DNA of 64,000 bases from Candidatus Bathyarchaeota archaeon (GTDB lineage Archaea; Thermoproteota; Bathyarchaeia; Bathyarchaeales; Bathycorpusculaceae). Numbering within the stretch: the stretch's first letter is position 1; every line of letters starts with the position of its first letter. Made by a program: the position numbers and the translations under genes. Under the pieces are notes generated by a model that was not told the origin of the DNA, ran no database searches, and was given only the letters and a program-made list of their open reading frames with translations. The stretch covers positions 1,920,001 through 1,984,000 of the forward strand of contig CAVZJV010000014.1 of assembly GCA_963775685.1 (NCBI GenBank), in the 5' to 3' direction. Shown in pieces: positions 41,085-50,546 of the stretch.

Positions 41085-41417
41085 TTATGCTGCAGGCTTG
41101 TAGATTTTGATGTTATGGCTTCCGGAGACGAGTTGTACTGAACCGTTTGCTTCTAGCTGTTCGAGGAAGTCTTTGGCTGCACTTACTCTTATTCCAAAGC
41201 GAGTTGAAATAGCGTATGGCGTTAGCACATTCATCTTTTTGACTTCGCCAACAATTTTTGCGTCTTTTATGTCTGGAACCATTATACCGATGGTCGTTTT
41301 TCTTTGCGGCGGTCCAGTAGCTTTGTCTTTCTTTTTTGCATCTTTCGATTTATCGTCATCTGTCTTAACTTGTTGCTTCTCCATCTGCTTAATGCCGAGC
41401 TTCTTTTTTCCACCCAT
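41085..41417 (-). CDS. rps25e: 30S ribosomal protein S25e (eS25)
   Basis: MGGKKK, Lys-rich N-terminus, LTPYAIS..GIRVSAAK..L..L winged helix. Confidence 0.88.
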   Translation of the reverse strand: MGGKKKLGIKQMEKQQVKTDDDKSKDAKKKDKATGPPQRKTTIGIMVPDIKDAKIVGEVKKMNVLTPYAISTRFGIRVSAAKDFLEQLEANGSVQLVSGSHNIKIYKPAA

Positions 41418-41453
41418 ATTTATCACCTTGAGGAACTAATAATTCTCAACATC

Positions 41454-42944
41454 TTAGATTGGTTGGCTTATTTCAACCTTATGTTTCGCTTTCCATTCTT
41501 CGATTGGAATCCCAAGTTTCTTTTCCACTTCCGCGCGGTGTATGGAGTTCATTGTGCAGAATGGTATAATGCGTCCATCTGGGACGGCGTAATGGATGAC
41601 GCAGCGTTGTACTCTTTCAAGGTCAAAGTTGTATGGGTCCATGAAGTGCATTGAAGAGACCATGAGTGCGCTTCTTGCGAAGTCTCCAAGCGAGCTGTAG
41701 TCACCGTCCATAAGCACTTTTAGGACGTATTTTCGCAGGAAAGAGAATTTAATGTGGCGTGCAGAGCCGACGAGTCGAAGTTTAGCTTTGCTCTTGCTAC
41801 CTTTTGCAGCATCTGCGTAAACTTTGTTGAGTGTTCCTACGAATTTTTCAATGTTACCATAGCGAGTTATTGGTGTTATTTGACCATTTTCGATGAAGAG
41901 AAATGTTGCCATGCCGCAATGAGGGTGCGCTGTGAATTCTACGTATCGTTTTTCTTTTATTTCGCCGACAGCTTTAGAGACAGGAACGACGACTGGAACA
42001 GGGTAGAAGTCGCTGACTTTTATATCACCTTTGGTTTGTTCTTCAACAAGGTTCATGAAGTCGGGGATGGTGATGCGCATTTTTTCTCTTTCTTGTTGTG
42101 GCAGTCTGCCGCAGAGGGATACGGGCTGCACATTAACGCATCGGATAAGATCGAAGTTTTTGGCTGCAAACTTTATGATATCGCCTAACTGTTGGTCGTT
42201 AACTCCTTTAACCAAGGTAACTACTAAGACGATGCTATCATATCCGGCTTTGCGCAGGTTTTCGAGGGCTTTCATCTTGATTTCAAGCAGATCTAAGCCT
42301 CGTATGAATTTGTAGACTTCAGGGGTTAACCCGTCAAACTGCAAGTAAATTGTGCTGACGCCCGCTGCCTTCAATTTTTTGGCGTATTCAGGGTCCTGTG
42401 CAATTCGAACGCCGTTGGTATTGACTTCAACATGTTTGAAACCAATTTCTTTTGCTTTTTTGATGAAATCAAAGAGTTCGTTGCGTATGGTCGGTTCACC
42501 GCCAGAGAACTGCAATGCTGTTGCGGGAACAGGTTTGTTGTTACGAAGGTTCTCAAGCATACCTGTAATCTGTTCTGCTGTAGGTTCGTAAACATATCCC
42601 GCTGAGGAGGCGTTGGCGAAGCAAACAGGGCACTTCAAGTTGCAACGGTTAGTGATATCGATGATTGCAAGTGCAGTGTGGGATTTATGTTCAGGGCAGA
42701 TGCCGCAATCATAAGGGCAACCGTGCTTTTTCTCTGTACGTGGGTTTTCAATGCCTTCTCCCTCAAAGCGGAACTTTTCGGCTCGTAGGTATTGGGCGTA
42801 GTCTGACCAGTAGAGTTCGTTATAATACCCGTGCTCAGGGCATGTTTTTTTTATGAAAACTTTTCCTTCGTCTTCATAGATGGTTGCATCTAGAGCCTTG
42901 AGACATTCAGGACAAATACTTCGGGTAGATTTGATATCTTTCAA
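41454..42944 (-). CDS. tes: Tetraether lipid synthase (Tes / GDGT-MAS), radical SAM
   Basis: SICPEC..KTCPEHG, GCPYDCGICPEH, TNRCNLKCPVCFA, HPHCG, MHFMD..FD..R..RC..H..IIPFC. Confidence 0.88.
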   Translation of the reverse strand: MKDIKSTRSICPECLKALDATIYEDEGKVFIKKTCPEHGYYNELYWSDYAQYLRAEKFRFEGEGIENPRTEKKHGCPYDCGICPEHKSHTALAIIDITNRCNLKCPVCFANASSAGYVYEPTAEQITGMLENLRNNKPVPATALQFSGGEPTIRNELFDFIKKAKEIGFKHVEVNTNGVRIAQDPEYAKKLKAAGVSTIYLQFDGLTPEVYKFIRGLDLLEIKMKALENLRKAGYDSIVLVVTLVKGVNDQQLGDIIKFAAKNFDLIRCVNVQPVSLCGRLPQQEREKMRITIPDFMNLVEEQTKGDIKVSDFYPVPVVVPVSKAVGEIKEKRYVEFTAHPHCGMATFLFIENGQITPITRYGNIEKFVGTLNKVYADAAKGSKSKAKLRLVGSARHIKFSFLRKYVLKVLMDGDYSSLGDFARSALMVSSMHFMDPYNFDLERVQRCVIHYAVPDGRIIPFCTMNSIHRAEVEKKLGIPIEEWKAKHKVEISQPI

Positions 42945-43048
42945 CTTTTTAGCCTTCTTGCATGTAAGTATTGATTTCGAAGTGCTTAAAAACAAAGGTA
43001 GTCATAATAAGGTTTCCAGAGCTTTCCTAAGGTGATAGAGGGGAAAGT

Positions 43049-43798
43049 ATGTCAATAAACGAAGATACTAGGGCTGCTTTGCGCGAGATGGGTTTAAACG
43101 CCTACGAAATCGACGCCTACATTGTGTTGTTGGAAGAAGGGCAAATGACAGCTATGGAGATAAGTGAATCTGCTCAGGTGCCCTACAGCAAAATGTACGA
43201 GGTCCTAAACTCGCTCAAAGAGAAAGGCTGGATAAAAAACACTGAAAGCCGACCCTTCAAATACTACCCTGTTCCGCCCATAGAAGCAACACGGTTCACT
43301 AAACTTCGACTGGAAGACAAATACTTAAAATGGGAAAATACCGTTTCCGAAAACCTTCAACCTCTATACGAGAAAAGGGAACTTGTCGAACATCCAGACA
43401 TGCTTATACTGCGGGGTCAACAAGCAGTTTTAAGCAAGCTTGAAGAGGTGCTTAAAAAAGCTACAATGGAAATCGTAATTGCAGCACCAGAATTCGCTAA
43501 ACCAGTAATCGCTTTGGCTGAATCCCTGATAGGCAGTGGCTTAAAGAAAACAGTGAGCGTTAAACTCATGGCGGCGGGGAAAAAGGAGGATTGGCTCTTT
43601 CTAAAAAAATTTGGCTTAAATGAACTGCGCTTTCGTGACCATATGTTTGGTGGTGGCGTAATCGCGGACGGTAAAGAAGCAATGCTGTTTCTTGGCGAAG
43701 ACAAACCGACTCTCGTCATCTGGAGTAACCATGTCGGCTTAGTCGGGTTTGCACGCGAGTATTTCCAGTTCCTTTGGGATTCCTCAGCAACAGCATAA
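43049..43798 (+). CDS. TrmB-family transcriptional regulator
   Basis: GLNAYE, VPYSKMYEVLNSL..KGW, RPFKY, C-terminal effector domain. Confidence 0.9.
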   Translation: MSINEDTRAALREMGLNAYEIDAYIVLLEEGQMTAMEISESAQVPYSKMYEVLNSLKEKGWIKNTESRPFKYYPVPPIEATRFTKLRLEDKYLKWENTVSENLQPLYEKRELVEHPDMLILRGQQAVLSKLEEVLKKATMEIVIAAPEFAKPVIALAESLIGSGLKKTVSVKLMAAGKKEDWLFLKKFGLNELRFRDHMFGGGVIADGKEAMLFLGEDKPTLVIWSNHVGLVGFAREYFQFLWDSSATA

Positions 43799-44113
43799 GC
43801 AAAAAAATGTGTTAAGATTTTCCAAAAAATACCTGTCTGTTAATCTTTACTCTACTTAACGCTTTCCGGACTTCAAATAACCTGTAAAATCCTCACAAAT
43901 CGCTTACCTTGTTTTTCTATCTGTAAGGGATGCGGGAAAGAGTGAGGGTTATTGCCTTTTTGAATAAAAAGGTGGGTAGGTTGCCAATGATTCTTCGGGT
44001 TTGAGTGTCAAAAAATTAATCCGCCTTTAACATTAGGGCAAAAGTCTGAGCTTTATTGTGTAAACTATTGAACAAAAAAGAAGGAAGGGAGAAATGATAA
44101 GTTATGAGCTTAC

Positions 44114-44335
44114 TTACTTTCCCATGATTTTTCTAGCTGCGATTTCTATATCTTCGGCTTTGATTGTTTTTCTTCCAGCATGCATAGCAAAATCGAGGGC
44201 TTCTTTGGCGATTTTTACACCGATTTCTTCTAGTGCCTTTGCGAGTTCTTTTGCTGCTGCTTCGCTTACTCTGTCAGCGCCTGCTTTTTTACATAATCTG
44301 TGCATGGGAGCTACGGCTATTTCTAATTCAGTCAT
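44114..44335 (-). CDS. Archaeal histone
   Basis: [23 protein letters not shown]. Confidence 0.95.
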   Translation of the reverse strand: MTELEIAVAPMHRLCKKAGADRVSEAAAKELAKALEEIGVKIAKEALDFAMHAGRKTIKAEDIEIAARKIMGK

Positions 44336-44483
44336 ATCGACATCTCTTTAGCTTCTTTTTCTCTTTAAGGCAATATTTAACCTTTGTTATTGTTTTTTTC
44401 TTTAAATCACCCTTGACTCCTAACTTGGTTGCAGCAAAGAAACAATATAAAACCCTCAAGCATGCATATAGCGCTGAGCAAAG

Positions 44484-45257
44484 ATGAAACTAATAGACGC
44501 GCACATCCATCTCTCAGATACAGAATACATCGGACATACCGATGACCTGATAGCGGATGCAAAAAACGCAGGTGTAACCGCCTTGGTAACTAATTCAATG
44601 GATCTAAGAACCTGCCAAAACGATATCAAACTAGCCGAAAAATATCCAAATCTCGTTTATCCCGCTTTGGGTATTCACCCATGGAACGTAAATGTCCTCA
44701 AAGAAAACGAGTTCCAAGAAACAATTGAATTCATTCAAAAACAAAAAGGCGTTGTCAAAGCCATAGGCGAAATAGGCTTAGACTACAAGTACGAAACTAT
44801 ATGGGAAAAACAGACAATAGTCTTTGACAAGATGCTTCGGCTTGCCGAAACTCTCCAGCTCCCTGTGATCATTCATTCCCGTGGAACAACAGACAAAATC
44901 GTCGAAATACTTCCGTCCTACAAACTCAAAAGTGTATTACTGCACTGGTTTAGCCATCCAATGAGTGCGCTCGCTAAAGCCATAGATAATGGCTATTTCA
45001 TTACTGAAGGTCCACCAGTAACCTACTCCAACGGCATCCGCGAAGTCGTAGACAAAACCCCCATAACTCACCTGTTAACCGAAACTGATGGTCCGGTAAC
45101 ATATTGGAAGCAACCTTACAATGGGCAATTAACTAAGCCATCATACATACGTAATGTTGTTGAGGCAGTAGCTGAAATCAAAAAAATGCAGGTGGAAGAA
45201 GTTGCCCAACAAATAATCATGAACTTTGAAGCTTTCTTTAACATAAAAATCCAATGA
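44484..45257 (+). CDS. tatD: TatD-family nuclease
   Basis: IDAHIH, GIHP, IGEIGLD, IHSR, ETDGP. Confidence 0.93.
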   Translation: MKLIDAHIHLSDTEYIGHTDDLIADAKNAGVTALVTNSMDLRTCQNDIKLAEKYPNLVYPALGIHPWNVNVLKENEFQETIEFIQKQKGVVKAIGEIGLDYKYETIWEKQTIVFDKMLRLAETLQLPVIIHSRGTTDKIVEILPSYKLKSVLLHWFSHPMSALAKAIDNGYFITEGPPVTYSNGIREVVDKTPITHLLTETDGPVTYWKQPYNGQLTKPSYIRNVVEAVAEIKKMQVEEVAQQIIMNFEAFFNIKIQ

Positions 45258-45414
45258 GTTGCTTCACTTTTTCTTAAAACTTCATCTCAGAATTTATCGG
45301 TCAATTAATTCCCAGCTTTAAGGCGTAAACTTAAATTAACCCACTCATCTATTGAGAGGTGCTCCTGCGTTTTTAAACGTCGGAGAAAAATCTGTAAATT
45401 CGGAGGAATACTAA

Positions 45415-45654
45415 TTGGGAAAAGTAAAGACTGATCAGGTAAAAAAGCTGGGCAGAGAACTGATGAGGCAGTTTCCAAGCAAATTCAACAATAGCTTTGA
45501 AGAAAACAAACATTCAGTTGATGCATTAACAAAAGGAACAACCACGCGCATAAGAAACCAAACGGCAGGATACATAACGCGTACCATTGCGTTATCTCAA
45601 GCTAGCTCAGCAGATGAATCTGATCTCGAAGAACAAGAAGAAATGGCAGAGTAA
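45415..45654 (+). CDS. rps17e: 30S ribosomal protein S17e (eS17)
   Basis: MGKVKT, FEENK, RNQTAGYIT. Confidence 0.93.
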   Translation: MGKVKTDQVKKLGRELMRQFPSKFNNSFEENKHSVDALTKGTTTRIRNQTAGYITRTIALSQASSADESDLEEQEEMAE

Positions 45655-45671
45655 GTCTGGAAAGAAACTAC

Positions 45672-46052
45672 ATGATGGATGATTACAGAAAAGGTTGGGC
45701 CTTACGATACCTTCGTGAAGCCAAAGCAGAATTGCAAGCAGCACGAAAAATACCATACATGGCGCCAGGTCTAGTTGTGGAAGCCATCAGAAAAGCCAGA
45801 AACGCCATTTACTATAGCCTTGGCGAACCTGCCTTTATAGAAATACTCATCCGTGAAGAGGTAACAAAAAACCCCGCCACCAACGATTCTGTCTTAAAAT
45901 TTTTAATCGAGATTGAGACAATTGTTCAGCAAATTTCGCAGTTAGAAGAGGTTAACAGTGACGCAATGATGAAACAGGCAGATTCAATCGTTGACATCGC
46001 AACTGACATCGTTGAAACTCTAACGCAAGAAAAACTTGAAACTTTCAGCTAA
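45672..46052 (+). CDS. Helical hypothetical protein, possibly HEPN-like fold
   Basis: ALRYLREAKAEL..A N-terminal helix; no RxxxxH motif. Confidence 0.6.
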   Translation: MMDDYRKGWALRYLREAKAELQAARKIPYMAPGLVVEAIRKARNAIYYSLGEPAFIEILIREEVTKNPATNDSVLKFLIEIETIVQQISQLEEVNSDAMMKQADSIVDIATDIVETLTQEKLETFS

Positions 46053-46081
46053 TTTTTAGTAACCCTACCCTATTCTATTAA

Positions 46082-46381
46082 TTGAGTGAGGAACTGGTGC
46101 CTTTAACTGTAAAATTCATCGGTGCGCTACGTCACCTTTCTGGAAAAACACAATTCACCATCTTGTTCCAAGACAGCATCTCTATAAAAAAATTAATCGA
46201 CAAAATCAGCCAAGAAATACCAGAGTTAAAGCATACATTCAGTGACCAAGAACTCAACGATTCAAGGTCAAATTCACTAATACTTGTTAACGGTAGGGAA
46301 ATCAGTGTTTTAAACGGATATGAAACAAAACTGGATGATGGAGACGAAATCGTTTTTGTTCCAGTTGTGCATGGCGGTTAA
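46082..46381 (+). CDS. MoaD/SAMP ubiquitin-like protein
   Basis: ILVNGREI, LDDGDEI, C-terminal VHGG. Confidence 0.92.
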   Translation: MSEELVPLTVKFIGALRHLSGKTQFTILFQDSISIKKLIDKISQEIPELKHTFSDQELNDSRSNSLILVNGREISVLNGYETKLDDGDEIVFVPVVHGG

Positions 46382-46387
46382 GAATCT

Positions 46388-47161
46388 ATGATTACTTTGA
46401 CTAGTGATTTTGGGTTAAAAGACCCTTATGTTGCTGAGATGAAAGGGGTCATCTTAACCATAAACCCGAATGCCACCATGGTCGACGTAACTCATGGGGT
46501 TGAGAAATTCAATATTCGAATGGGCGCTTTCATGTTAGCTTCTGCGGCGACATGCTTCCCAAAAGGCGCAGTACATTTAGCAGTTGTGGACCCGACCGTG
46601 GGAACCAAAAGACGCTGCATTTTAGTGCAGACTACGCAGGGCTTTTTTGTCGGACCAGACAACGGTGTTTTGATGTTAGCTGCCCAAAACCTTGGAATCG
46701 AACAAGTATATGAGCTAACGAATCCAAAGTTTATGCTGCCAAATGTTTCCAGCACTTTTCATGGACGGGATGTGTTTGCGCCTGTAGCCGCGCACTTGGA
46801 TTTAGGAGTGCCCCCCGACGCGCTTGGACCCGAAATAAACGATCCAGTCCTTCCTGAGTTTGCGAATATAAAACAAATAAGTAGCACCTTTGTCGGCGAA
46901 GTCCTGAATGTAGACGATTTCGGCAACATAATCACAAACATAAGCCAAAAAGAAATGGCTCAAGCCAACTTGATCAACATAAAATTCCAAAATCTTTCGT
47001 TAAACCTCGCTTTAGGCAAAACCTACGCGCAAGCCAAACTAAATGAACCCATAGCCTTGATAGGTGGTCATGGCTTTTTGGAAATAGGCTTAAACCAGGC
47101 GAGCGCAGCCGAAAAATACAGTGTGAACGCTGGAGATGACGTCGAAGTTACGCCAGAATAG
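46388..47161 (+). CDS. SAM hydroxide adenosyltransferase (DUF62, fluorinase/chlorinase family)
   Basis: ITLTSDFG, VVDPTVG, GPDNG, STFHGRDVFAP, DDFGN. Confidence 0.93.
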   Translation: MITLTSDFGLKDPYVAEMKGVILTINPNATMVDVTHGVEKFNIRMGAFMLASAATCFPKGAVHLAVVDPTVGTKRRCILVQTTQGFFVGPDNGVLMLAAQNLGIEQVYELTNPKFMLPNVSSTFHGRDVFAPVAAHLDLGVPPDALGPEINDPVLPEFANIKQISSTFVGEVLNVDDFGNIITNISQKEMAQANLINIKFQNLSLNLALGKTYAQAKLNEPIALIGGHGFLEIGLNQASAAEKYSVNAGDDVEVTPE

Positions 47162-47170
47162 GCAAGAGCG

Positions 47171-48154
47171 TTAAATTTTTATTTTTTCCACGACTTTCTC
47201 GATGACATCAACGGGGTTCTCTAACTCTGCGAGTTTCTCTTTTACGTAAAACCTTTTGCCCAAGTACTTCTTGGCATACCCAAGCATTCTTTGCTCAGTT
47301 GTGATGAACAACGGAAAACCTTTCTGCACTAAATACTTGTTGACGTAAGTCTTTGCCATGTCAGAGATTGCGATGCTTGGAACACCTTGCAATGCAGCTT
47401 CCCTCGCTATAGTTCCGCCATAACTAACAACTAAATCAGCGTTTGCCACGAGATTCGCTGAGTCCACAAAGCCTTCCTTTACCTGGAATACTTTTCCTTC
47501 TTCATTGTATCGTTTAATGAGATATACGTTTCCCATTTTTCCAAGTTTTTCTGCAATAATTTTCGTGAGGTCTCTTTTACCTTGAGCGTATGCTGCTTTT
47601 GCTTCGATTTGCCTAACGACAATCAAGGGCTTTTTTACACCTTCGATTTTGGTTGGCTTGAAATCTTTTATCCAAGCAACTTCATCCACACTTTTGAAGG
47701 ACACAACTTTTTTGGCGCAATTTTTTCTGGTGAAACTTTTCGGTAGCGCTTCTGATATCACTAAAATATTTGCAAAAGGTATGGTTAATTTGTTTACGGC
47801 GTAAGCGTATGGTGTGTCAGCGGTTAGTATTATGGGAATCCCTAAACCAAAGGCGGTGCGGCAAAGTTCAACAGATTGATGGGCTATGGCTATGTTTGGT
47901 TTGTTGTCTTTGAAGAGTTTTGCGAATTCTATTATGCGTTTAGCGCTTTCTTCAAGCCTTGAAGTTAGGGTGAAGGGGTTGTATTTGCCCACAACGAGAG
48001 GTTTTTCTCCTAAAATTCGAGCGAGCGGTAATGTATCTGGGTGTTCTCTCGTTGTGAAAACGAATTCATGCCCAGATTTTCTTAGGCGTTGTGCTATAGT
48101 AATTGCATAGCGGACTTGTTTGCCTGTGCAAGCATCATACCAAACCTTCATCAC
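47171..48154 (-). CDS. DUF354 family GT-B-fold protein
   Basis: KVWYD..TGK, GGTIAREAALQGVPSI. Confidence 0.82.
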   Translation of the reverse strand: MMKVWYDACTGKQVRYAITIAQRLRKSGHEFVFTTREHPDTLPLARILGEKPLVVGKYNPFTLTSRLEESAKRIIEFAKLFKDNKPNIAIAHQSVELCRTAFGLGIPIILTADTPYAYAVNKLTIPFANILVISEALPKSFTRKNCAKKVVSFKSVDEVAWIKDFKPTKIEGVKKPLIVVRQIEAKAAYAQGKRDLTKIIAEKLGKMGNVYLIKRYNEEGKVFQVKEGFVDSANLVANADLVVSYGGTIAREAALQGVPSIAISDMAKTYVNKYLVQKGFPLFITTEQRMLGYAKKYLGKRFYVKEKLAELENPVDVIEKVVEKIKI

Positions 48155-48657
48155 TTCACCCTTTGTTGGGCAAGGAAAGCCTCACGTTTAGCTTCAAACT
48201 GCTCAAGAGTCATAACTACTTTGGCTGGGCAACCAGCAACTACTGTTCTTGGCGCGACATCTTTAACGACTACGCTTCCTCCGCCAACGACTGCTTTTTC
48301 TCCAACGGTTACACCAGGCAAAATTGTGACTCCTCCACCTATTGCCGCGTGGTCTTTAATAATTGGTGAGGTCAAAAAGCTACTTTTTGGATACTTGTCA
48401 TTTAGTAGGCTGCTGTTTGGGGCGATAAAGACATTGTCGCCAAGTACGCAGCCGTTTGAGATAGTTACGTGTGCTTGGATGTTACAATTTTTGCCTATAG
48501 TAACGTTTTTACCTAAATCAACAAAGCTTCCGATTAAGGTACCGTCACCGATTTTTGAGGCGTCACCAATAACGACGTAGTTCCAGATGGAAACATCTTT
48601 GCCTATTTCCACGTTGACGCCTGCAACTATGCCGGTGCCTTTCCTTGAATTCTGCAT
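48151..48657 (-). CDS. Hexapeptide-repeat N-acetyltransferase (WbpD-like)
   Basis: Hexapeptide repeats, NDKYP, ILPGVTVG, VAGCPAK. Confidence 0.88.
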   Translation of the reverse strand: MQNSRKGTGIVAGVNVEIGKDVSIWNYVVIGDASKIGDGTLIGSFVDLGKNVTIGKNCNIQAHVTISNGCVLGDNVFIAPNSSLLNDKYPKSSFLTSPIIKDHAAIGGGVTILPGVTVGEKAVVGGGSVVVKDVAPRTVVAGCPAKVVMTLEQFEAKREAFLAQQRVK

Positions 48658-48727
48658 GCTTCTCTTTCGGGCTCCAACTTTAAATAGTTTAACCTTAACT
48701 TGACTTTCCGTTGACGGAGGCAGAAGG

Positions 48728-49621
48728 TTGGCTAAAGAAATAGTTCTAATTATTGGTTTAGGCGAAATTGGACACGCACTATTCGCTTTGTACAACGGAG
48801 CTAAAGAGAAATTCGCCGTTTATGGCTTAGACATAGACCAACAGAAAATGGAGATGTTGGGTCAAAGCAAAGACAAGGTTCCACCTAAAGTTGATACTTT
48901 GCAGGTTTGTCTTCCATGCGGCAGCCCGGGGAAATTCGTCGACATAATCAAAGGTTACGTTGAACATTACAAGCCCAAACTCGCAATCATTGACAGCACT
49001 GTTCCACCGGGAACCACCCTCAAAGTCGCCGCATCTTGCAAATGCCTCGTTGCCCATTCCCCTGCTCGAGGTGTCCACATAAATGCCGAACATATGATTT
49101 GGGAAATGAAGCGCTGGACCAAATATGTCGGCGGCGCAGACGTAGCAGCCTCAAGAGCTGCTGAGCTCCATTACCAGAAACTTGGTCTAAAAGTCAAAGC
49201 TCTCAAAAGTTGCCGAGAAACTGAACTTGCCAAGCTCTTTGAAACCACTTACCGCGCTTGGATGATCGTTTGCTTCCAAGAAATGCACCGGATCTCAAGG
49301 GCTTTTGATGCTGATTTCAACGAAGCCGTAGATTTCCTCGAGGACACTCATAAACAGCGTTTTGACAGGCCAATTATGTTTCCTGGAGTCATTGGCGGTC
49401 ACTGCCTTATTTCCAACACAGAACTGCTGCTCAAAAGCTTCAACTCGGACATGTTGCGCTTAATTTTAGAATCTAACGAAAAACGTAAAGAAGAAATCAA
49501 GGATTCATCAGTCAAAGCTGAAGCAAAAAAGATTGCGACAAGAGCAATAGCATTGGAGAAGCTGCTTGCGGGACCAAAAAATGTGGTTTTAGACGAGAAA
49601 TCGTCACCGGAATTTACTTAA
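48728..49621 (+). CDS. UDP-glucose/GDP-mannose dehydrogenase family protein (short form)
   Basis: IIGLGEIG, DSTVPPGT, ELAKLFETTYR, IGGHC. Confidence 0.85.
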   Translation: MAKEIVLIIGLGEIGHALFALYNGAKEKFAVYGLDIDQQKMEMLGQSKDKVPPKVDTLQVCLPCGSPGKFVDIIKGYVEHYKPKLAIIDSTVPPGTTLKVAASCKCLVAHSPARGVHINAEHMIWEMKRWTKYVGGADVAASRAAELHYQKLGLKVKALKSCRETELAKLFETTYRAWMIVCFQEMHRISRAFDADFNEAVDFLEDTHKQRFDRPIMFPGVIGGHCLISNTELLLKSFNSDMLRLILESNEKRKEEIKDSSVKAEAKKIATRAIALEKLLAGPKNVVLDEKSSPEFT

Positions 49622-49738
49622 ACTCTTAAAGAAGTCGCAGTCTCTTATCGTGCTAATCCTCCCTCTTAATTAAAGAGGCAAAAGGGCAACCTATTCAGTG
49701 CCTTCCTCTGAGGTTCTATAGGATATAAAAGATGCTTG

Positions 49739-50467
49739 TTACAGTTTTTCAACAACTAATTCTTTTGCAAAGCCCGCCAAGAATTCAACATTTAACTTAG
49801 TTAGATACAAAAATGTCTTAGCGCTCAAGTTGCTCAATGCCGCAAATGGGGTAAAAATGAATCTCGCAAACATTCTGCGTGCCAGCTTGTAGAGTCCAAA
49901 GTGGCCATACCGCCTATAGGAAATGCCGATGATCACATAGTTTTTTGAGGTTCCCAGATGTGTTGCACCTAAAAATGGCAAAACCTTCCATTTGTACCCA
50001 GTTTTCTGTACGTAGCGTTTGAAGTATTGGTCCTCTCCAAAAAACAGCTTTGGAGGGTTGTAGTTTTCCATGAGTTTGCGGCGGATAATAATGTTGTTGA
50101 TGTGCGGGTTTGTATCTAATTTACTTAGGTTATATATGGTGCCGACAACGCGTTCGTATGCTGCGGCATGTCTATTCTTATGAACTGCTACGGTACCAAT
50201 CGCGCCAACGTTAGGTTCAATTGATTTGGTGATGGTTTGGAGCCAGTTGTCAGGTAGAAGCATGTCGTCATCAACCATGGCCACCCACTCGGTCTGGGCT
50301 TGCAAGACCCCTTTTTTACGTGCGATGCTGAGTGGTTTCTCATGCGTGTTGATGATTTGTCCTGCGTACGGCATATGCTCAAGGATTCGCATCAAGGTTG
50401 GGTTGGGTTCCTCTCTTGAAGGAACAACAAAATCGACTTTGATGATATCATCTGAGCATGAAGGCAT
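49739..50467 (-). CDS. Glycosyltransferase family 2
   Basis: VVPS, ARKKG, MVDDD, GED; start uncertain. Confidence 0.8.
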   Translation of the reverse strand: MPSCSDDIIKVDFVVPSREEPNPTLMRILEHMPYAGQIINTHEKPLSIARKKGVLQAQTEWVAMVDDDMLLPDNWLQTITKSIEPNVGAIGTVAVHKNRHAAAYERVVGTIYNLSKLDTNPHINNIIIRRKLMENYNPPKLFFGEDQYFKRYVQKTGYKWKVLPFLGATHLGTSKNYVIIGISYRRYGHFGLYKLARRMFARFIFTPFAALSNLSAKTFLYLTKLNVEFLAGFAKELVVEKL

Positions 50468-50546
50468 AGATGCATAATGTTTCTTAGGAAGATAAAAAGA
50501 TTTATAGGGGAAAACTTTTACCAAAAGTGACTCAAAAAAAGGAAAA

